A stretch of DNA of 64,000 nucleotides, from contig CAVSGI010000003.1 in assembly GCA_963727445.1 (NCBI GenBank), positions 41,701 through 105,700 on the forward strand, written 5' to 3'. This DNA is from an uncultured delta proteobacterium. GTDB taxonomy: Bacteria; Myxococcota_A; Polyangia; Polyangiales; B10-G4. The number at the start of each line of letters is the position of its first letter. The first letter of the stretch is position 1. Positions 60,236 through 64,000 of the stretch are shown piece after piece. The position numbers and the translations under genes are program-made. The notes below the pieces were generated by a model that was not told where the DNA came from, did no database searches, and saw only the letters and a program-made list of their open reading frames with translations.

Positions 60236-61302
60236 CCGCCGCCCTCGGGTTGGTTCGGGGGGGCTCCGCGTCCCCCGACGCCCTCGAACAGCTCTCCAAT
60301 CGCCAGGGCCACGAACCCCGACGCCCGCCCGAGAATGTTGCGCGTGTCCTCGTGACTGGCGCGCAGGGACAGGCGGATCTCACCGCCCTCGGCGTTGAGG
60401 CCGATCCCGTTGAGGATGGGGTCGAGGCCGAGCATCGAGGTGAAGGGCATCTGAGCGATGCGGGCGCGCTGCCCCTCGAGCTCGCTCACCGTCGCGGCCG
60501 CCACCGAAGGATCGGTGGTGGAGACGATGGCGAGGGCGTCGATGCCCTCCGCGAGCCCGATGCGCATCGCCCCCGCGGTCGCGACATCCAAGACGCGTCG
60601 CAGACGCGCGTCGAGCCGCGGGCCGAGAGCGGCCTTCGCCTCCGGCGTGAAGACTGCGGCGACGCCGATGGCGTCGCGCTCGAAGTTCACCCGCTGCGCG
60701 AGAGCGGCCATCTCCGCGTGGGCATCGAGGGGGCTCCGCCCGCTGCGCGATGCGTGCTTCTGCACCATCGCCCCCGCCCGTCCGGAGGTCGCACCCACAC
60801 CGAGCCCGTCCTCGACGAGGATCAGCTCCGCCGGCGGCTCTTCGGTGACGAAGGTCGGCAGCGGCGCCCCCGGTTCCTCGCGCAGGACGACGGGCCCGCT
60901 GTCGAAGCGCGACAGCGCAGTCCGGGCTTCCTCGGTGGAGAAGCGCCCATCGACGACCACCAGGGTGTCGGGCTCCGTGCCCTGCGAGGGCGCGAGGCCG
61001 AGGTTCAAGAGGTCGGCGAGCCCGACCCAGCGGCGGAGCTCGCCACCCCCGACCGCCGGCAGCTCGCGCGCCGCGTTCTCCTCTACGCTCATGAGGATCG
61101 ACTCGATGACGTCCCAGTTGGACGAGGCGCGCAGTCGATTGAAGTCGACCTTCAGTAGCAGGTAGACGTCCTCGGGCAGGAGTGACGCGCCTGTCAGTGG
61201 GGGCGGAGGCTCCGCGACCGGGTGCTCGGGCGGCGGCTCGCTCGCACCGCCACAGGAGACGAGCAGCGACAGGAGCAGCCCCGCCACGATCCAGCGTGTC
61301 AT
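60232..61302 (-). CDS. Hypothetical lipoprotein
   Basis: Lipobox LVSC; overlaps the hisC stop and the aroA start. Confidence 0.75.
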   Translation of the reverse strand: MTRWIVAGLLLSLLVSCGGASEPPPEHPVAEPPPPLTGASLLPEDVYLLLKVDFNRLRASSNWDVIESILMSVEENAARELPAVGGGELRRWVGLADLLNLGLAPSQGTEPDTLVVVDGRFSTEEARTALSRFDSGPVVLREEPGAPLPTFVTEEPPAELILVEDGLGVGATSGRAGAMVQKHASRSGRSPLDAHAEMAALAQRVNFERDAIGVAAVFTPEAKAALGPRLDARLRRVLDVATAGAMRIGLAEGIDALAIVSTTDPSVAAATVSELEGQRARIAQMPFTSMLGLDPILNGIGLNAEGGEIRLSLRASHEDTRNILGRASGFVALAIGELFEGVGGRGAPPNQPEGGG

Positions 61303-62387
61303 CGGACGAGCTCTCGCACCGCCGCGAGGAGACGGTCGTTCTCCTCCGGCAGGCCGATGGTGACGCGGAGCCAGGTGTCGATGGGTGGCGGCATGGGCCG
61401 GATGATCACGCCCTGTCGAAGCAGCACGTCGTAGACCTCTCTGCCCGGCCGGCCGAAGTCGGCGAGGACGAAGTTCGCCTGGCTGGGCGCGACCGTGAGA
61501 CCGGCCGCTTCGAGGCCCTCGCTCACCCGCGCGCGCTCGACGCGGTTCATCTCGACGTAGCGCTCCATCCACGCCTCGTCCTCGAGGGCGACCTTCGCCG
61601 CCGCCTGGCCGATGGCGCCGGTGTTGAAGGGCGCGCGGACCCGATTGAGGAAGTCGATGAGCCGGGGACGGGCGATGGCGTAACCCACGCGCAGCGCCGC
61701 GAGGCCATAGGCCTTGGAGAAGGTCCTGAGGACGATCAGGCGCTCTCGGAGCCCGCGCATCCCCAGCGCCGACTCGTAGTCGTCGGCGTCGGCGAACTGT
61801 ACGTAGGCTTCGTCGAGAACCGCGACGACCCGTTCGGGCAGCTCCGTGAGCAGGCGTCGCAGATCGGAGGCGCCCATGTGGGTGCCCGTCGGGTTGTTGG
61901 GATTGGCGACGAAGAGCACCTTGGTCTCGGGCCGGACTGCCGCGAGGAGCGCGTCCACGTCCCAGTGAACGTTCTCGCGGAGCGCCACCTTGGTGAAGGG
62001 CACGTTCGCCGCGGTGGCGCCCAGCCAGTAGCAGATGAAGCTCGGGTCGCCGAAGACGATGTGCTCGTCGGGCGTCGCGAAGGTCCGGCAGATGAGGTCG
62101 ATGAGCTCGTTCGATCCGTTGCCGAGACAGATCTCTTCCGCTGGAACGTCGTGATGCGCGCTCAGCGCCTTCTTCAGCTCGAAGCCTGCCGCGTCGGGGT
62201 AGCGGTGGATCTCGGGCGCGACGCGCGCGATCTCCTCGAGCACCTTCGGCGAGGGGCCCACCGGGTTTTCGTTCGAAGCGAGCTTGATCACATCCGTGAT
62301 ACCGAGCTCGCGCTTCAGCTCGTCGATGGGCTTGCCCGGCGAGTAAGCGATCAATCGCTCGATGTTTTCGGCGACGAGACGGTCCAT
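61299..62387 (-). CDS. hisC: Histidinol-phosphate aminotransferase
   Basis: KLASNENP, GNGSNELI, NPNNPTG, DEAY, RTFSKAYGLAALRVGY. Confidence 0.95.
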   Translation of the reverse strand: MDRLVAENIERLIAYSPGKPIDELKRELGITDVIKLASNENPVGPSPKVLEEIARVAPEIHRYPDAAGFELKKALSAHHDVPAEEICLGNGSNELIDLICRTFATPDEHIVFGDPSFICYWLGATAANVPFTKVALRENVHWDVDALLAAVRPETKVLFVANPNNPTGTHMGASDLRRLLTELPERVVAVLDEAYVQFADADDYESALGMRGLRERLIVLRTFSKAYGLAALRVGYAIARPRLIDFLNRVRAPFNTGAIGQAAAKVALEDEAWMERYVEMNRVERARVSEGLEAAGLTVAPSQANFVLADFGRPGREVYDVLLRQGVIIRPMPPPIDTWLRVTIGLPEENDRLLAAVRELVR

Positions 62388-62401
62388 GGGCAGTCCTCGG
62401 T

Positions 62402-63478
62402 CTATTGCGGGCGGGGATAGGAGCCCAGCACCTTCAACATGCGGCTCTTGCCGCGGAGCTCCTCGACCGCGGTCATGACCGCCCGGTCGGTGATGTGACC
62501 GTCGAGCTCCACGAAGAAGACGTAGCGCCAGGCGGTGCCGCGGCCGGGGCGCGACTCGAGTCGCGTGAGGTTGATGCCCCGGTCGGCGAAGGGCGCGAGC
62601 GCTTTGTAGAGCGCGCCCGGCTCGTCGTGCACCGAGAGCGCGATGACCGTGCGGTCCAGTCCGGTCCGGCCGGGATGCTCGTTGGCGATCACCGCGAAGC
62701 GCGTGTCGACGCCCGTGAAATCCTCGATGCGCTCGCGGGCCACCTTGAGGTCGTGCGCCTGAGCCGTGACGTCGGTGCCCACGCAGGCCGCGCCGTGGTC
62801 GTCCTTGGCGAACTGCGCGGCCACGTCACCCGAGGGCACGTCCAGGACCGTGGCCTTCGGGTAGTGCTCGCGGAGGTGGCCTTCGCAAGCGGCGATGGCG
62901 GTGGGCGCGCCGTAGATCTTGTCGATGTCGGAGGCGTTCCCGGTCGACGACAAGAGGTGATACGACGCCGGCAGCGTGAGCTCGCCGATGATCTTCACGT
63001 CGGCCTGGAGCAGACCGGTGAGCGTCGCCGTCAGCGCTCCGTCGCTCGACGTCTCGAGGGGCACCACGCCGTAGCTCACCCGCCCGCGCACCACGTCCTC
63101 GAGCGCCTCCTCCACCGTGTTGGTCGCCGTGAGCTCGGCCGCCGAGCCGAAGTGCCTGCGCGCCGCGGCGTGGGCGAAGCCGCCGGCCGGCCCGAGATAG
63201 GCCACGCTCACCGGCGCGATCATCCGCGCCGAGGCGCTGAGCACCTCGCGCATCACCGTCTCCACCCACTCGGCGGGGAACGCCTTGGCGGCCTCGGTGA
63301 GGGTGTGCACCACCTCTTCGTCGCGCGGGAGCTTGAAGTATCCCTTCGGGTCCTTCTCGCGCAGCGCGATCAGCTCCGTGATCGCCCGCGCCCGCGCGTC
63401 GAGCGCCGCGACCAGGGCGTTGTCGGCCGCGATGAGGGCTTCTTTCACCGTTTCGAACTGCTCGTCGCTCTCGGCCAT
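62402..63478 (-). CDS. pheA: Chorismate mutase / prephenate dehydratase (P-protein)
   Basis: CM helical N-terminus, VAYLGP, GVVPLE, TRF, ACT domain PGAL..INLTRLESRP..LGSYP. Confidence 0.92.
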   Translation of the reverse strand: MAESDEQFETVKEALIAADNALVAALDARARAITELIALREKDPKGYFKLPRDEEVVHTLTEAAKAFPAEWVETVMREVLSASARMIAPVSVAYLGPAGGFAHAAARRHFGSAAELTATNTVEEALEDVVRGRVSYGVVPLETSSDGALTATLTGLLQADVKIIGELTLPASYHLLSSTGNASDIDKIYGAPTAIAACEGHLREHYPKATVLDVPSGDVAAQFAKDDHGAACVGTDVTAQAHDLKVARERIEDFTGVDTRFAVIANEHPGRTGLDRTVIALSVHDEPGALYKALAPFADRGINLTRLESRPGRGTAWRYVFFVELDGHITDRAVMTAVEELRGKSRMLKVLGSYPRPQ

Positions 63479-63535
63479 CGCGCGGCATCGTAGTGACACC
63501 GACCCCCTTCGGCAACGGCTAGAGCAGATCTCGGC

Positions 63536-64000
63536 CTAGTCCAATAGATCCTTGAGGCGCGCGAGCGCCACCAGGGCGTCGACGGGCTTGAGCTGATCGA
63601 CGTCGAGATTCCTCAGCGTTTCCTCGACCTCCGAGCGGCGTTCGCTCGCTGGGACGAAGAGGTCCAGCTGAGGCGTACCGCGCTCGTCGACGCCACGAAC
63701 CCGTGCAGGCGCGCCCGAGGGAAGCGGCGCGCCCCGTGTTGAATTGCGGGGGGCTGCTCGCCCCCCTCCGGCTCCCTCGAGGTCGCCGAGAATGCGCCGC
63801 GCCCGCGCGAGCACAATCTCGGGCACGCCCGCCAGCCGGGCCACCGCCACCCCGTAGCTGCGGTTGGCGCTCCCCGGGACGAGCTTGTGCAGAAAGACCA
63901 CGTCGCCCTCGTACTCCTTCGCCGCGACGTTGGTGTTGATCGCCGTCGGCCGCGTCTCCGAGAGCTCGCAGAGCTCGTGGTAGTGCGTGGCGAACATCGC
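63536..64000 (-). CDS. mutS: DNA mismatch repair protein MutS, C-terminal part
   Basis: FATHYHEL, FLHKL..G.ANRSYG..VARLAG.P, QLDLF clamp-binding motif. Confidence 0.95.
   Translation of the reverse strand, partial: AMFATHYHELCELSETRPTAINTNVAAKEYEGDVVFLHKLVPGSANRSYGVAVARLAGVPEIVLARARRILGDLEGAGGGRAAPRNSTRGAPLPSGAPARVRGVDERGTPQLDLFVPASERRSEVEETLRNLDVDQLKPVDALVALARLKDLLD

Overview
A very GC-rich chromosomal window, most likely from a myxobacterium (Polyangiales/Sandaracinaceae-like). This is inferred from Myxococcus-type Cys-rich repeats, a MYXO-CTERM-like tail, eukaryotic-like Ser/Thr kinases and a MXAN_5808-like S41 protease. Most of the window is core genome: lysC, cca, thrB, gap-pgk-tpiA-secG, mutS-pheA-hisC-aroA/cmk-rpsA, and an ABC exporter pair. 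Indel frameshifts come in dense patches that also break essential genes, so they are read as assembly errors. Points of interest: (i) two families of small non-autonomous structured repeats. One is a 31-bp inverted-repeat doublet present twice with different spacers. The other is a ~100-bp element that forms a tandem array at 50.3 kb, with a diverged copy making up the in-frame AroA-Cmk linker. (ii) A satellite microcompartment locus with two pentamer genes and a class II aldolase but no hexamer. (iii) An orphan FliA-like sigma factor next to a T3SS inner-rod-like gene. (iv) A TPR-like protein/kinase/two-lipoprotein cassette. (v) A small conserved-looking gene with a sigma-54 promoter. (vi) An in-frame TAG inside a large membrane spermidine-synthase-like gene. 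No rRNA, tRNA, CRISPR array, transposase or integrase was recognised. All calls come from reading the sequence by eye; no searches were run.
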